NCBI RefSeq assembly: GCF_009914755.1
Contig: NC_060932.1
From: the human T2T-CHM13v2.0 reference genome, Homo sapiens
Length of the DNA: 64,000 bases
Direction: 5' to 3' (one strand)
The notes under the pieces: model-generated
What the model was told of the DNA's origin: nothing
What the model saw: the letters and a program-made list of their open reading frames with translations, nothing else
The model's database searches: none
Translations under genes and position numbers: made by a program
Shown here: positions 1 through 15,500 of the stretch, in pieces
How the letters are laid out: every line of letters begins with the position of its first letter
Numbering within the stretch: the first letter of the stretch is position 1

Positions 1-550
1 ATTCCCAAAGTATCTACACCTGTGAAGACAAACCACTGGCCCTTTTAGGTTGGTGTCCTAGGGTAATAGCGCCGTAGCAGGCGCAACTCTGCTGCTGACA
101 TTCAGAGGCACAGTGGCTAGATTGGTAAGCCGGAGCCATGCCGTTGACCTCTTATAGCCTCCATCTCCACACCTCAGCCATCTATCTGTTCGTGTTCCTG
201 TCATGCCAGTTCTGGGGTGGACACTGACAGCCAGCATCACTGGGCCAAGTCATCTTGTCTAATTGATTGTTCAGAGGCTCTTCCATGATGGATGTGTCCT
301 AGTGGACATGAATATGTGCAACAGAATCCTTCACACTGTATGCCCACTCTCAAGTGTACGTTCACACACCTCAGCCCCAGACCTCCTTAGTCACTATCCA
401 GGATTTGCACAAATTCTCATGTTGGGCCACTTTTATTTCCCTATGCAAAGGGTTGATGACACGGTGCACTGTTCACAACCCTGTCTGCCGGGAAGAGCTT
501 ATCTCTCCACTGAGTTTCAGGGACACCCCTAAATCTGACTGTCATCTGTT
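1..550 (-). mobile_element. Degraded ERVL (HERV-L-like/ERV3 class) pol: RNase H C-terminal part and integrase N-terminus
   Basis: Minus-strand translation gives GVSLKLSGEISSS (ERVL GTSLKDSGEGKSSQ) and ECQQQ...YGAITLGHQP/KGQWFVFTGVDT (ERVL ECPICQQQ...YGTIPRGDQP...KGQRFVLTGIDT). Frameshifted; the WQVDYIGP segment is missing. Confidence 0.8.
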
Positions 551-3500
551 ATTTTTCATTTTTATTTATTTTTATTATTATACTTTAAGTTCTGGGGTAC
601 ATGTGCAGAAAATGCAGGTTTGTTTCGTAGGTATATACGTGCCATGGTGGTTTGCTGCACCCATTAACCTGTCATCCACATTAGGTATTTCTCTTAATAC
701 TATACCTCCCCTAGCCCCCCACTTGCTGATAGGCCCCAGTGAGTGATGTTCCCTTCCCTGTGTCCATGTGTTCTCATTGTTCAACTCCCACTTATGACTG
801 AGAAGATGCAGTGTTTGGTTTTCTATTCTTGTGTTAGTTTGCTGAGAATGATGGTTTCCAGCTTCATCCATGTCCCTGCAAAGGACATAAACTCATTTTT
901 TATGGCTGCGTAGCATTCCATAGTGCATATGTGCCACATTTTCTTTATCCATTCTATCATTGATGGGCATTTGGGTTGCTTCCAAGTCTTTCCTATTGTG
1001 AATAGTGCCTCAGTAAACATATGTGTGCATGTGTCTTTTATAGCAGAATGACTTATAAATTTTGGGTATATACCCAGTAATGGGATTGCTGAGTCAAATG
1101 GTATTTCTGGTTCTAAATCCTTGAGAAATCGCCACACTGTCTTCCACAATGGTTGAACTAATTTACACTCCCACCAAGAGTGTAAAAGCATTCCTATTTC
1201 TCCACATCCTGTCCAGCATCTGTTGTTTCCTGACTTTTTAATGATTGCCATTCTAACTGGCGTGAGATGGTATCTCATTGTGGTTTTGATTTGCATTTCT
1301 CTAACAATGAGTGATGATAACTTTTTTTCATATGTTTGTTGGCAGCATCAATGTCTTCTTTTGAGAAGTGTCTGTTCATATCTTTCACCCACTTTTTGAT
1401 GGGGTTGTTTATTTTCTTGTAAATTTGTTTAAGTTCTTTGTAAATTCTGGATATTAGCCCTTTGTCAGATGTACAGATTGCAAAAATTTTCTCCCATTCT
1501 GTAGATTGCCTGTTCACTCTGATAACAGTTTCTTTTGCTGTGCAGAAGCTCTTTAGTTTAATTAGATCCCATTTGTCAATTTTGGCTTTTGTTGCCCTTG
1601 CTTTTGATGTTTTAGTCATGAAGTCTTTGCCCAGGCCTAGATCCTGAATGGTATTGCCTAGGTTTTTCTTCTAGGGTTTTTATGGTTTTAGGTCTTACGT
1701 TTAAGTCTTTAATCCACTTTGGGTTAATTTTTGTAAGGTGTAAGGAAGGGGTCCAGTTTCAGTTTTCTGCATGTGGCTAGCCAGTTTTCTCAACACCATT
1801 TATTAAATAGGGAATCCTTTCCCCATTGCTTGTTTTTGTCAGGTTTGCCAAAGATCAGATGGTTATAGATGTGTGGTGCTATTTCTGAGGCCTCTGTTCT
1901 GTTCCTTTGGTCTATATATCTGTTTTGGTAACAGTACCGTGTTCTTTTGGTTACTGTAGCCTTGTAGTATAGTTTGAAGTCAAGTAGCATGATGCCTCCA
2001 GCATTCTTCTTTTTGCTTAGGATTGTCTTGGCTATGTGGGCTCTTTTTTGGTTCCATATGAAATTTAAAGTAGTTTTTTTCTCATTCTGTGAAGAAAGTC
2101 ATTGGTAGCTTGATGGGGATAGCATTGAATCTATCCTATCCATGAGCATGGAATGTTGTTCCATTTATTTGTATCCTCTCTTATTTCCTTGAGCAGTGGT
2201 TTGTAGTTTTCCTTGAAGAGGTCCTTCACATCCCTTGTAAGTTGTATTCCTAGGTATTTTATTCTCTTAGTAGCAATTGTGAATGGGAGTTCATTCACGG
2301 TTTGGCTCTCTATTTGTCTGTTATCGGTGTATAGGAACGCTTGTGATTTTTACACGTTGATTTTGTATCCTCAGACTTCGCTGAAGTTGCTTATCAGCTT
2401 AAGGAGATTTAGGGCTGAGACAACGGGGTTTTCTCAATATACAATCGTGTCATCTGCAAACAGAGACAATTTAACTTCTTCTCTTCCTATTTGAATACCT
2501 TTTATTTCTTTCTCTTGCCTTATTGCCCTGGCCAGAATTTCCAATAGTATGTTGAATAGGAGTGGAGAGAGGACATCCTTGTCTTGTGTCAGTTTTCAAA
2601 GGTAATGCTTCCAGTTTTTGCCCATTCAGTATGTTACTGGCTGTGGGTTTGTCATAAATCGCTGTTGTTATTTTGAGATACATTGCATCAATACCTAGTT
2701 TATTGAGAGTTTTTAGCATGAAGAGGTGTTGAATTTTGTTTAATGCCTTTTCTGCATCTATTGAGGTAATCATGTGGTTTTTATCACTGGTTCTGTTTAT
2801 GTGATGTATTACGTTTATTGATTTGCATATGTTGAACTAACCTTGCATCCCAGGGATGAAGCCCACTTCATCATAGTGGATAAGCTTTTGGATGTGCTGC
2901 TGGATACTGTTTGCCAGTATTTTACTGAGGATTTTCACACTGATGTTCATCAGGGATATTGGCCTGAAATTTTCTTTTTTGTGTTTCTGCCAGGTTTTAA
3001 TATCAGAATGATGCTGGCCTCATAAAATGAGTTAGGGAGGATTCCCTCTTTTTCTATTGTTTGGAATAGTTTCAGAAGGAATGGTACCAGCTCCTCTTTG
3101 TACCTCTGGTAGAATTCAGCTGTGAATCCATCTGGTCCTGGACTTTTTTTGGTTGGTAGGCTATTAATTACTGCCTTAGTTTCAGAACTTGTTATTGATC
3201 TATTCATGGATTCAACTCCTTCCTGGTTTAGACTTGGGAGGATGTATGTCTCCAGGAGTTTATGCATTTCTTCTGTATTTTCTAGTATATTTGCCTAGAG
3301 GTGTTGATAGTATTCTCTGATTGTAGTTTGTTTTTCTGTGGGATCACTGGCGATATCAACTTCATTGTTTTTTTATTGCATCTATTTGATTCTTTTCTCT
3401 TTTCTTCTGTATTAGTCTGGCTAGCAGTCTATCTATTTTGTTGATCTTTTCAAAAAACCAGCTCCTGGATTCATTGATTTTTTGAAGGTTTTTTCATGTC

Positions 3501-6500
3501 TCTATCTCCTTCAGTTGTGCTCTGATCTTACTTATTTCTTGTCTTTCGCTAGCTTTTGAATTTATTTGCTCTTGTTTCTCTAGTTCTTTTAATTGTGATG
3601 TTAGGGTGTCAATTTTAGATCTTTCCTGCTTTCTCTTGTGGGCATTTAGTGCTATAAATTACCCTTTACACACTGGGTAGAGGGAAATTTATTTAAATGT
3701 GTCCCAGAGATTCTGGTATGTTGTCTTGGTTCTCATTGGTTTCAAAGGCGTCTTTATTTCTGCCTTCATTTCGTCATTTACCCAGTAGTTATTCAGGAGC
3801 AGGCTGTTCAGTTTCCATGTAGTTGTATGGTTTTGCGTGAGTTGCTTAATTCTGAGTTTTAATTTGATTGCACTGTGGTCTGAGAGACTGTTATGATTTT
3901 CATTCTTTTGCATTTGGTGAAGAGTGTTTTACTATCAATTATGTGGTCAATTTTAGAATAAATGTGATATGGTGCCGAGAAGAATGTATATTTTGTTGAT
4001 TTGGGGTGGAGAGTTCTGTAGAGGTCTATTAGGTCCACTTGGTCCAGAGCTGAATTGATGTCCTGAATATCCTTGTAAATTTTCTGTCTCATTGATCTGT
4101 CTAATATTGACAATGGGGTGTTAAAGTCTCCCATTATTATTGTGTGGGAGTCTAAGTCTCTTTGTAGGTCTTTAAGAACTTGTTTTATGAATTTGGGTGC
4201 TCCTGTATTGGGTGCATATATATTTAGGATAGTTAGCTCTTCTTGTTGCATTGATTTCTGTACCTTTATGTAATGCCCTTTTTTGTCTGTTTTGATCTTT
4301 GTTGGTTTCAAGTCCGTTTTATCAGAGATTAGGATTACAACCCCTGCTTTTTTTTGCTTTCCATTTTCTTGATAAATATTCCCCCATTCCTTTATTTTGA
4401 GCCTGTGTGTGTCTTTGAACATTGGGTGGGTCTCCTGAATACAGCACACCGATGGGTCTTGACTCTTTATCCAGTTTGCCAGTCTGTGTCTTTTAACTGG
4501 GGCATTTACCCCATTTACATTTAAGGTTAATATTTTTATGTGTGAATTCGATCCTGTCATTATGATACTAGCTGATTATTTTGCCCATTAGTTGATGCAG
4601 TTTCTTCATAGTGTTGATGGTCTTTAGAATTTGGTATGTTTTTACAGTGACTGGTACCAGTTGTTCCTTTCCATGTTTAGTGCTTCCTTCAGGAGCTCTT
4701 GTAAGGCAGGCCTGGTGGTGACAAAATCTCTCAGAATTTGCTTGTCTGTAAAGGATTTTATTTCTCCTTCATTTATGAAGCTTAGTTTGGCTGGATATGA
4801 AATTCTGGGTCGAAAATTCTTTTCTTTAAGAATGTTGAGTATTGGCCCTCACTCTCTTCTGGCTTGTAGGGTTTATGCAGAGAGATCCACTGTTTGTCTG
4901 ATGGACTTCGGCCTTTGTGGGTAACCCAACCTTTCTGGTTGCCCTTAACATTTTTTCCTTCATTTCAATCTTGATGAATCTAACAATTATGCATCTTGGG
5001 GTGGTTCTTCTCGAGGAGTATCTTTGCGGTGTTCTCTGTATTTCCTGAATTTGAATGTTGACTTGCCTTGCTAGGTTGGGGAAGTACTCCTGGATAATAT
5101 CCTGAAGAGTGTTTTCCATCTTGGTTCTATTCTCCTTTTTACTTTCAGGTATACCAATCAAATGTAGGTTTGGTCTTTTCACATAGTCCCATATTTCTTG
5201 GAAGCTTTGTTCATTCCTTTTCATTCTTTTTTCTCTAATCTTGTCTTCTCACTTAATTTCGTTAAGTTGATCTTCAGTGTCTGATATCCTTTCTTCGACC
5301 TGATCGGTTCGGCTATTGATACTTGTGTATGCTTCACGAAGTTCTCGTGCTGTGTTTTTCAGCTCCATCAGCTCATTTATGTTCTCTCTAAACTGGTTAT
5401 TCTAGTTAGAAATTTGTCTAATCTTTTTTCAAGGTTCTTAGCTTCCTTGCATTGGGTTAGAACATGCTCCTTTAGCTCAGAGGAATTTGTTATTACCCAC
5501 CTTCTGAAGCCTACTTCTGTCAATTCGTCAAACTCATTCTCCGTCCAGTTTTGTTCTCTTGCTGGCGAGGAGTTGTGATCCTTTGTAGAAGAAGAGGCAT
5601 TGTGGTATTTGGAATTTTCAGGCTTTTTGTGCTGGTTTCTCCCCATCTTCATGGATTTATTACCTTTGGTTTTTGACATGGGTGACCTTCGGATGGGGTC
5701 TCTGAGTGGACGTCCTTTTTGTTGATGTTGATGCTCTTCCTTTCTGTTTGTTAGTTTTCTGTCTAACAATCAGGAACCTCTGCTGCAGGTCTGCTGGAGT
5801 TTGCTGGGAATCCACTCTAGACTCTCTTTGCCTGGGTATCACCAGCGGAGGCTGTGGAATGCAAAGATTGCTGCCTGATCCTTCCTCTGGAAGCTTCATT
5901 CCAGAGATGCACCCACCAGATGCTAGCCAGAGCTCTCCTGCATGAGGTGTCTCTCGGCCCCTACTAGGAGGTGTCTCCCAGTCGGGATACAAAGGGGTCA
6001 GGGACCTACTTGAGAAGGCAGTCTGAACCTCAGCAGAGCTCGAATGCTGTGCTGGGAGGTCCACTGCTCTATTCAGAGCCGTCAGGCAGGGACATTTAAG
6101 TCTGCTGAAGCTGTGCCCACAGTTGCCCCTTCCCCCAGGTGGTCTGTCCCAGGGAGATGGGAGTTTTCTGTGTAAGCCCCTGACTGGGGCTGCTGCCTTT
6201 TTATCAGAAATGTCCTGCCCAGAGAGGAGGAATCTAGAGAGGCAATCTGACCACAGTGGCCTTGCTGAACTGCAGTGGGCTCTGCCCAGTTTGAACTTCC
6301 TGGCAGCTTTGTTTACACTGTGAGGGTAAAACCGCCTACACAAGCCTCAGCAGTGGCGGATGTCCCTCCCCACACCAAGCTTGAGCATCTCAGGTTGACC
6401 TTAGACTATTGTGCTGGCAGTGAGAACTTCAAGCCCATGGGTTTCAGCTTGCTGGGCTCCATGGAGTTGGGACCCGTTGAGCCAGACCACTTGGCTCTCT

Positions 6501-6514
6501 GGCTTCAGCCCCCT
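551..6514 (-). mobile_element. Near-full-length L1PA (L1PA7/8-like), lacking ~430 bp of 5' UTR; ORF1/ORF2 disrupted
   Basis: T-rich tail at 551-580 and ORF2 pieces including endonuclease MTGSNSHIKILTLNVNG (3859-4560). ORF1 pieces (4826-5769). The 5' UTR is colinear with the L1 at 38.5-44.9 kb up to ggcttcagcc. TSD gactgtcatctgtt at 537-550 and 6571-6584. Confidence 0.97.
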
Positions 6515-6573
6515 GTCTCTTCTGATCTCAGAAGCTAAGCAGGTCAGGCCTGGTTAGTACTTGGATGGAAGAC
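6515..6573 (+). pseudogene. 5S rRNA internal fragment (approx. nt 33-91), RNA5SP-type pseudogene
   Basis: tctcttctgatctcagaagctaagcaggtcaggcctggttagtacttggatggaagac aligns to 5S TCTCGTCTGATCTCGGAAGCTAAGCAGGGTCGGGCCTGGTTAGTACTTGGATGGGAGAC with about 5 differences. Confidence 0.95.
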
Positions 6574-6584
6574 TGTCATCTGTT

Positions 6585-8490
6585 TCTAGTTTGCTCCCCA
6601 TATTCAGCCAACCCATTTGCAAAACAAGCTTGGGATTTTCCTCCTCTTTCAGCTGGTCATGCAGGATCTCACATACAGTCAGAGGTGATGTGATGAATGA
6701 CAAGGGAGTCTGCACTAGTTGCTTATATAGCTTACTCATGCCCTCTGGGCCAGGTGAGCCCCAGCCTGGGATGGACCACTTACATGGTATGATGGGACTG
6801 CAGCTGTCAGACTTATGGTTTTGCAGGTCAGACAGGACCCAACTCACCATGGGCAGTTCCCAATGCGTGATCACCAAGTACCCCATGGGCAAAATGGTCG
6901 TGTTCCATCTCCACTATAGCCCGGTAATATGCTGAAAGCTGATTCTCAAAGGCTGTATCAGTTTCAGAGGATGATGGCACAGCCTCACTCCAAAGTTCCA
7001 GCGGCCTCCATTGCAATTCTTCCAATATACCTGCCGTAAGCTTTGTATTGTGCTTTTTCTCACTACTGACACCTCCACCACCATAGGATCTGCCAGAATT
7101 CATGGCCTAAGCAACAGGGCAATTGCACCACAGTCTGGACTTGCTGAAGCACCCCTTTCTACTCTGAGCCTCCACTCGAAGATGGTCACCTTTAGTGTCC
7201 CTCAGTATATGGGCCAAAACTGTATTCCTCGTTGCAGAATGTGTTGCCTCTGGAACCCAAAAAGGCCTGTAAGGTGCTGGGCGTACTTCAGTGGGATAGA
7301 GGATGCAAGATACACAAAGGTTTTTTTTTGTTTTTTTTTTTTACTTTGGAGGCCCCTGACTACTGGATTCCTAAAATCTTCACTGAAGTGGCCAATCCCT
7401 AGCTCTTCACAGGGCTTACTCACCCCCAACTGGAGTGCATGTGTCTTACCCAAGCCTCCAGCATACCAGCCACCTCTTCCTCATTTTGACCAATCAGCAG
7501 GTTGGCACCCATGTAATGATATAATCTAGATGTCTTCAGACTACACGATGACCAAGAACAGAAGAGTTCCTGTAGATGTAAGACAAAACTGTGAATGCTT
7601 ATTATTGTCCATCTCAGTAGAATACAGTGTTTCTGATCCTCTTTTCTGATTAGAATGGAAAAGAATGCATTCACCAAATCAATGACCACCTATGAAGCTT
7701 TGCTAATCCATCCCAACAGTGATGCCATGTTCAATACAGTCACTGAAATCGAGGCTACTACTTGGCAAAAGTCCATAGTAGTCTATGGTCATTCTCCAAT
7801 ATCCAACCAGCTTTTGCAGAGTCCTGACTGGCAAATAACCTGGGCCACCACTGTTATATCCTTAAGTTTTAATGACGGTATTAATCTTCCCCTCCCCAAC
7901 CCCTGCTATGATATTGTTTTTTATTACTTTGGCTGGGTGTGGGGTGTGAGGAGGTCAGTTCAGAGATTCCATCTGGACTTCTCGACTATGGTACCTTCAT
8001 AATCCATAGACCAGGGCCTGATGTGGAGGTTACTCCAACTGCCAGGTACACCCATTTCAGTTGTGCACTTCAGGCCTGGAGAAATGACCACTGGTGGATC
8101 TGCAGACCCAGTGGGTCCACTGTGAGCTGGAGTTTACTGGAACTCCATTTATCACCTGGACCTCATAGACCTCCACTCTTAGAAGGGGATATGATGACAC
8201 CTTGGATCTCTGGCTATCAATGTCATTGCAAATCCTGGGTCCAATTGTCCTCAAAATATCTGGCTATTCCCTTTTTCCCAGTGTACAATCTCATCCAAAT
8301 AAATTAAGTCCCTTTGGGGAAGGATTTGGGGGAATCCTCACAAATACATACTCGTCTAGTATTATAGATTCCTTCTTTTCAGGGACTGTCTCTTCAGTCT
8401 GTGGGTTTCTGATATTAAAATTGGCTCAGGCTTAGGAATTGAACAAGGGATCTTGAATTTTTATTCAAGCCCACTGGACCTCCATTCTTG
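6585..8490 (-). mobile_element. Degraded ERVL pro-pol (protease, reverse transcriptase, tether/RNase H)
   Basis: ORF fragments IDLVNAFFSILIRKEDQK (RT DLANAFFSIP), AQHLTGLFGFQRQHI, WRPLELWSEAVPSS...FENQLSAYYRAIVE, ELPMVSWVLSD and protease-region VHWEKGN...QVINGV. Continues the element at 1-550 across the L1. Confidence 0.88.
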
Positions 8491-8504
8491 CCTTATTTGT
8501 CTTG

Positions 8505-8865
8505 TCCTTTTCTTTTCTTTTCTTTCTTTTTCTCTCTCTCTCTCTTTCTCTTTCTCCCTCCCTCTTTTCTCTCTCCTTTATTTCTTCCTTTCTCTTTCTT
8601 TCTTTTTCTTTCTTTCTTTCTTTCTTTCTTTCCTCTTTCTCTTTCTTTCTCTTTCTTTCTGTCTCTCTTCCTTCCTTCCTTCCTTCCTTCCTTCTCACTT
8701 TTTTTTTTAAGAGAGAGGGTCTTGCTTGGTTGCCCAGGCTGGAGTGCTGTGGCATAATCATAACTCACTGAAGCCTTGAACTCCTGGGCTCAGGCAATCC
8801 TCCCACCTCAGCCCAGTAGCTAGGATAACAGGTGTGTACCATCAAGCCCAGCTAATTGCCTTATT
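8505..8865 (-). mobile_element. Alu right arm with expanded (TTTC)n/(TTCC)n tail, inserted in the ERVL
   Basis: gttgcccaggctggagtg...cccagctaatt preceded by ~200 bp pyrimidine microsatellite. Confidence 0.9.
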
Positions 8866-8869
8866 TTTC

Positions 8870-9800
8870 ATTAAAGATGTCATGCAGCACACTTTCTGGC
8901 TGCTTGTCTATCTTTCAGAGATGCCATGTTTCACAAACCACTTCCATAACTCTCTGAGGGTCAAGCCCCATGACTGTCACTCCAGCTTTGCCAGGTTTTA
9001 CAGTTATTATGGCTTCGTGGTTTTTGGGGCTTGCATGCTGCCCTGGACTCTGTTCCTCAGGGCCCCTTCATCCCCATGGAGGGTAGTGAGGCCCTCTCTG
9101 TGACCATCTCTCCTTCAGTTACTTCTGACCTGATGAGCCACTGCTGAATGTCATTCATTCCTGGTGCCCTTGGTGGATGTGTCTTCTGGGCCCTCCATGG
9201 AACGTTCTCCTCTGGTGGGTCTCCCTCTAACACTGTGTTGCTTCTCCACCCCAGCACACCTGCTCCGTCAGCCTCATACACCTTCTGCCACCATCCTCCA
9301 GAGCAGCTCAAGCATTTGCCACTCTGCTCTGTGTTAACAGTTCCGTTGCTTTTCTCCAGGCATCTAAGTACCACCCTGGCCTAGCAGCTGAGTTTTCCCG
9401 TCCCTCAGGGTCCTCAATTGGGTGTTAACATCTCATGTTCTAAGAAAGAGTCTCCAAGTTAATCCATTCTTATTTAGCCAACCTCCCACTCCATCCCACC
9501 TGATCAAACACCCTAAAATCCTATCCCAGAAGCCCTTCCCTCGCTCTGGCTGTCTGTTTCCTACAATTCCTTAGGTGTGGATTCTCTTTTTCTCCCTCAT
9601 CTGGCCCGGTTCATTTCCAGCCAGGGTGTGCTGGAACTTAACCCAGTTATCAGCCTGGCAGCGGAGATGAGGGTGTTCCTTAGGGGATCACCTAATGCCT
9701 CAACAAGGAGAAGTGTTGACAGCACCTTCAAGGCACAACAGACGAGCTGGCAGGGCAGACAACCTCTGCAAGGCCAGGGGGTCCACCGGCATCTGTGGAA
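8870..9800 (-). mobile_element. Probable degraded ERVL gag/leader region
   Basis: Lies directly upstream (minus strand) of the protease region. No diagnostic motif read with certainty, so the call is positional. Confidence 0.45.
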
Positions 9801-9855
9801 TCAACGTCTTCAACATCCATCTAGATGTTGCCATCCATGCTTCAGAGTCACAGGC

Positions 9856-10060
9856 TGTCCTAGTCTACACCAGCTGCTGTAACAAAATACCATAGATGGC
9901 AGCTTCAACAGTAGACATTTATTTTCTCACAGTTATGGAGGCTGCAAAGTCTAAGATTAAGGTGTCAGCCAATTCTGTTTCTGGTGAGGGCCCTTGTCCT
10001 GGCTTGCAGATGGCTACCTCCTCACCACGTCCTCATATGGCAGAGAGAGAGAAAGAGTCT
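9856..10060 (-). mobile_element. MLT1-family (MLT1A/B/C-like) MaLR LTR, partial
   Basis: tgtcctagtc...gctgctgtaacaaaataccataga...catttattttctcacagtt.tggaggctg...ctggcttgcagatggc. Confidence 0.8.
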
Positions 10061-10296
10061 CATGAGGCCACTCACTCTGCAGTGTTTCCAGTCTTCTCTG
10101 ACTTGTTATCAGAGAGATAAAAATGTGACATTCAAAAAGAATTAGCCTATAACATTTTTAAATTCTTGGGTGTTAATCTAAATGTCCACTTCTGCCAATA
10201 AATGACAGAGATCAACTTCCTTATGCCCGTAGTTCCCACCGTACTGGTAGGTATTCATTATTTGCTCCTAGAGGTTAAAGATAGAACTACCTGCAT

Positions 10297-10600
10297 GCCA
10301 AGCGCCATAGCTCACGCCTGTAATTCCAGCACTCTGGGAGGCCAAGGTGGGGTGGATCACTTGAGCCCAGGAGTTCAAGACCAGCCTGGCCAACATAGTG
10401 AAACCCTATCTCTACTAAAACTACACAGATTAGCTGGGCATGGTGGCGGGAGCCTGTAATCCCAGCTACTTGGGAGGCTGAGGCAGGAGAATCATTTGAA
10501 CCCAGGAGGCAGAGGCTGCGGTGAGCCAAGATCATGCTACTGCACTGCAGCCTGGGGGACAGAGCAATACTCCATCTCAAAACAACAACAACAACAACAA
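10297..10600 (+). mobile_element. AluS with (CAA)n tail
   Basis: Full dimer with ctactaaaa linker. Confidence 0.95.
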
Positions 10601-11139
10601 CCTGCCATTGATGGCAGGAAATGAGGCTGGGTATGCTAAATGCTGTCTTCGTGTTTTATACCACATCTCTTCCATAATTTTCTTCTGGGAAGCTTACCAC
10701 CGAAAAGCAGTTGTAATGATTTGCCACTGTCGTTTTTATAACGTTCATGATGCTAAATGCATCTCTGTGAATGTTCAATGGCCAATAAAGGTGCATCCCC
10801 ACACTACTTCTGAAAGGAAAGGGGTGAGTGGGTGGGATTTCATTCCTTTACCCAGGGGAGAAGCTCAAGTCCATGGTAGCAGAGCAGCCACTGTCTGGGA
10901 ATGAGCTGCTGCAGGCCAGAGAACCCCTGATCGCCAAAGGTGTTCCCAGGACAGCTCCAGGTCCATCCTGTGGCAACAGATCTTTACCTCTGTCCTCTGC
11001 GTTTTCTCTTTTATTTCATATCCTATCCCAGTACCTCCTGATCCTAGTCAAAATCGGTTTCCAGTTATCAGTGGTAGAGTCCCATAAGCTCCTTCTGGCC
11101 TAAACTTACATAAAATAAGAATAAAAGGATCGTGATTGT

Positions 11140-11250
11140 CAAGTCAGCATTTACTTATTGAGCTCCTGCTGCATACCAAGCACGCACTGTTAAGTCCTGG
11201 GCTGCGGAGATAATAAGATGCCAGCCCCACTTTCCCAAAGCTCCCAATCA
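11140..11250 (-). mobile_element. L2 3' end fragment
   Basis: catttacttattgagctcctgct...ccaagcac...ctggg pattern typical of L2 3' ends. Confidence 0.5.
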
Positions 11251-11529
11251 GCTTGTTCGCAGTCCTCATGCTCTCGCTGCCTTCGGAGCGATGGTGTCTA
11301 AATTATTCACAGAGGATAACATAGTCTATTTTGGGGTAATTCCTATCACACTTCGTGGTGACTGCTTCCATTTTTAAAATAGCCTCAAGTATGACTATTA
11401 ATCAGGATATCATTAAAAATAATATGTCAGGGTGACATTCGTTTCCCTTCCACAAGTAATGTCACCAGCACTGAATTCCTGAACAATGGGACACTTAACA
11501 GGAGGGACAGGGTTGTGTCTTTTATGTTT

Positions 11530-11985
<456 letters not shown>

Positions 11986-12341
11986 TAACACTGAGCAACC
12001 AAGACATGCCTGACACTTCATAGGAACTCAGCAAATGTTCACTGAGCTCATTTTAAATTGACTTGGGACCTGATTGTAGATGCATGAGGCTCTTATTTGT
12101 GATGTCAAACTCCAAGGTCAGAAATGCTCCCAAAATTTCATGTGTCTTAGAAACCCAATGTTGCATATACATATATGGGCCAGGTACATTTGGGCCAGGT
12201 ACAGTGGCTCAACATGCATGTAATCCAAACACTTTGGGAGGCCAAGGCAGGAGAATCACTTGAGCCCAGCAGTGTGCTATGATTCCGCCACTGCCCTCTA
12301 GCAGCCTAGGTGGCAGAGCTGAGATGCTGTCTTTAATTAAT

Positions 12342-12345
<4 letters not shown>

Positions 12346-12376
<31 letters not shown>
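12346..12376. repeat. (CA)n microsatellite following a deleted Alu (12192-12335)
   Basis: Direct reading. Confidence 0.9.
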
Positions 12377-12377
<1 letters not shown>

Positions 12378-12589
12378 TGTATAAATCTTCATCCTCTCAT
12401 TTGTTAGGCTAATACATTTCATAAGTTTATTATTCAGTGTGTGAAAAGGTGCATAGTTTTCATTTGTTTAAAATCTGCCTCTATTAAAGGTCAAGAGCTG
12501 ACCCCTTTTGAGTTGGGTAAAAGTCAGTGTGGTCGATTTCCACTTTTCTCTAGCACTAACAGTCTAGGCTTATTTGATTTCTTAAATTA

Positions 12590-14290
<1,701 letters not shown>

Positions 14291-14299
14291 TAGGTCTAT

Positions 14300-15500
<1,201 letters not shown>

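Noticed and set aside
2120-2145. ~44-bp deletion in L1 ORF2 relative to the other two copies
   Set aside because: Ordinary post-insertion decay
823-5769. L1 ORF1/ORF2 fragments as functional CDS (also 38.7-43.6 kb and 61-63.5 kb)
   Set aside because: Broken into many short frames by stops and frameshifts; dead retrotransposons
8453-8771. K/E/R-rich and F/L/S-rich ORFs (also 11427-11808, 13277-13870)
   Set aside because: Translations of (TTTC)n/(TTCC)n microsatellites plus Alu
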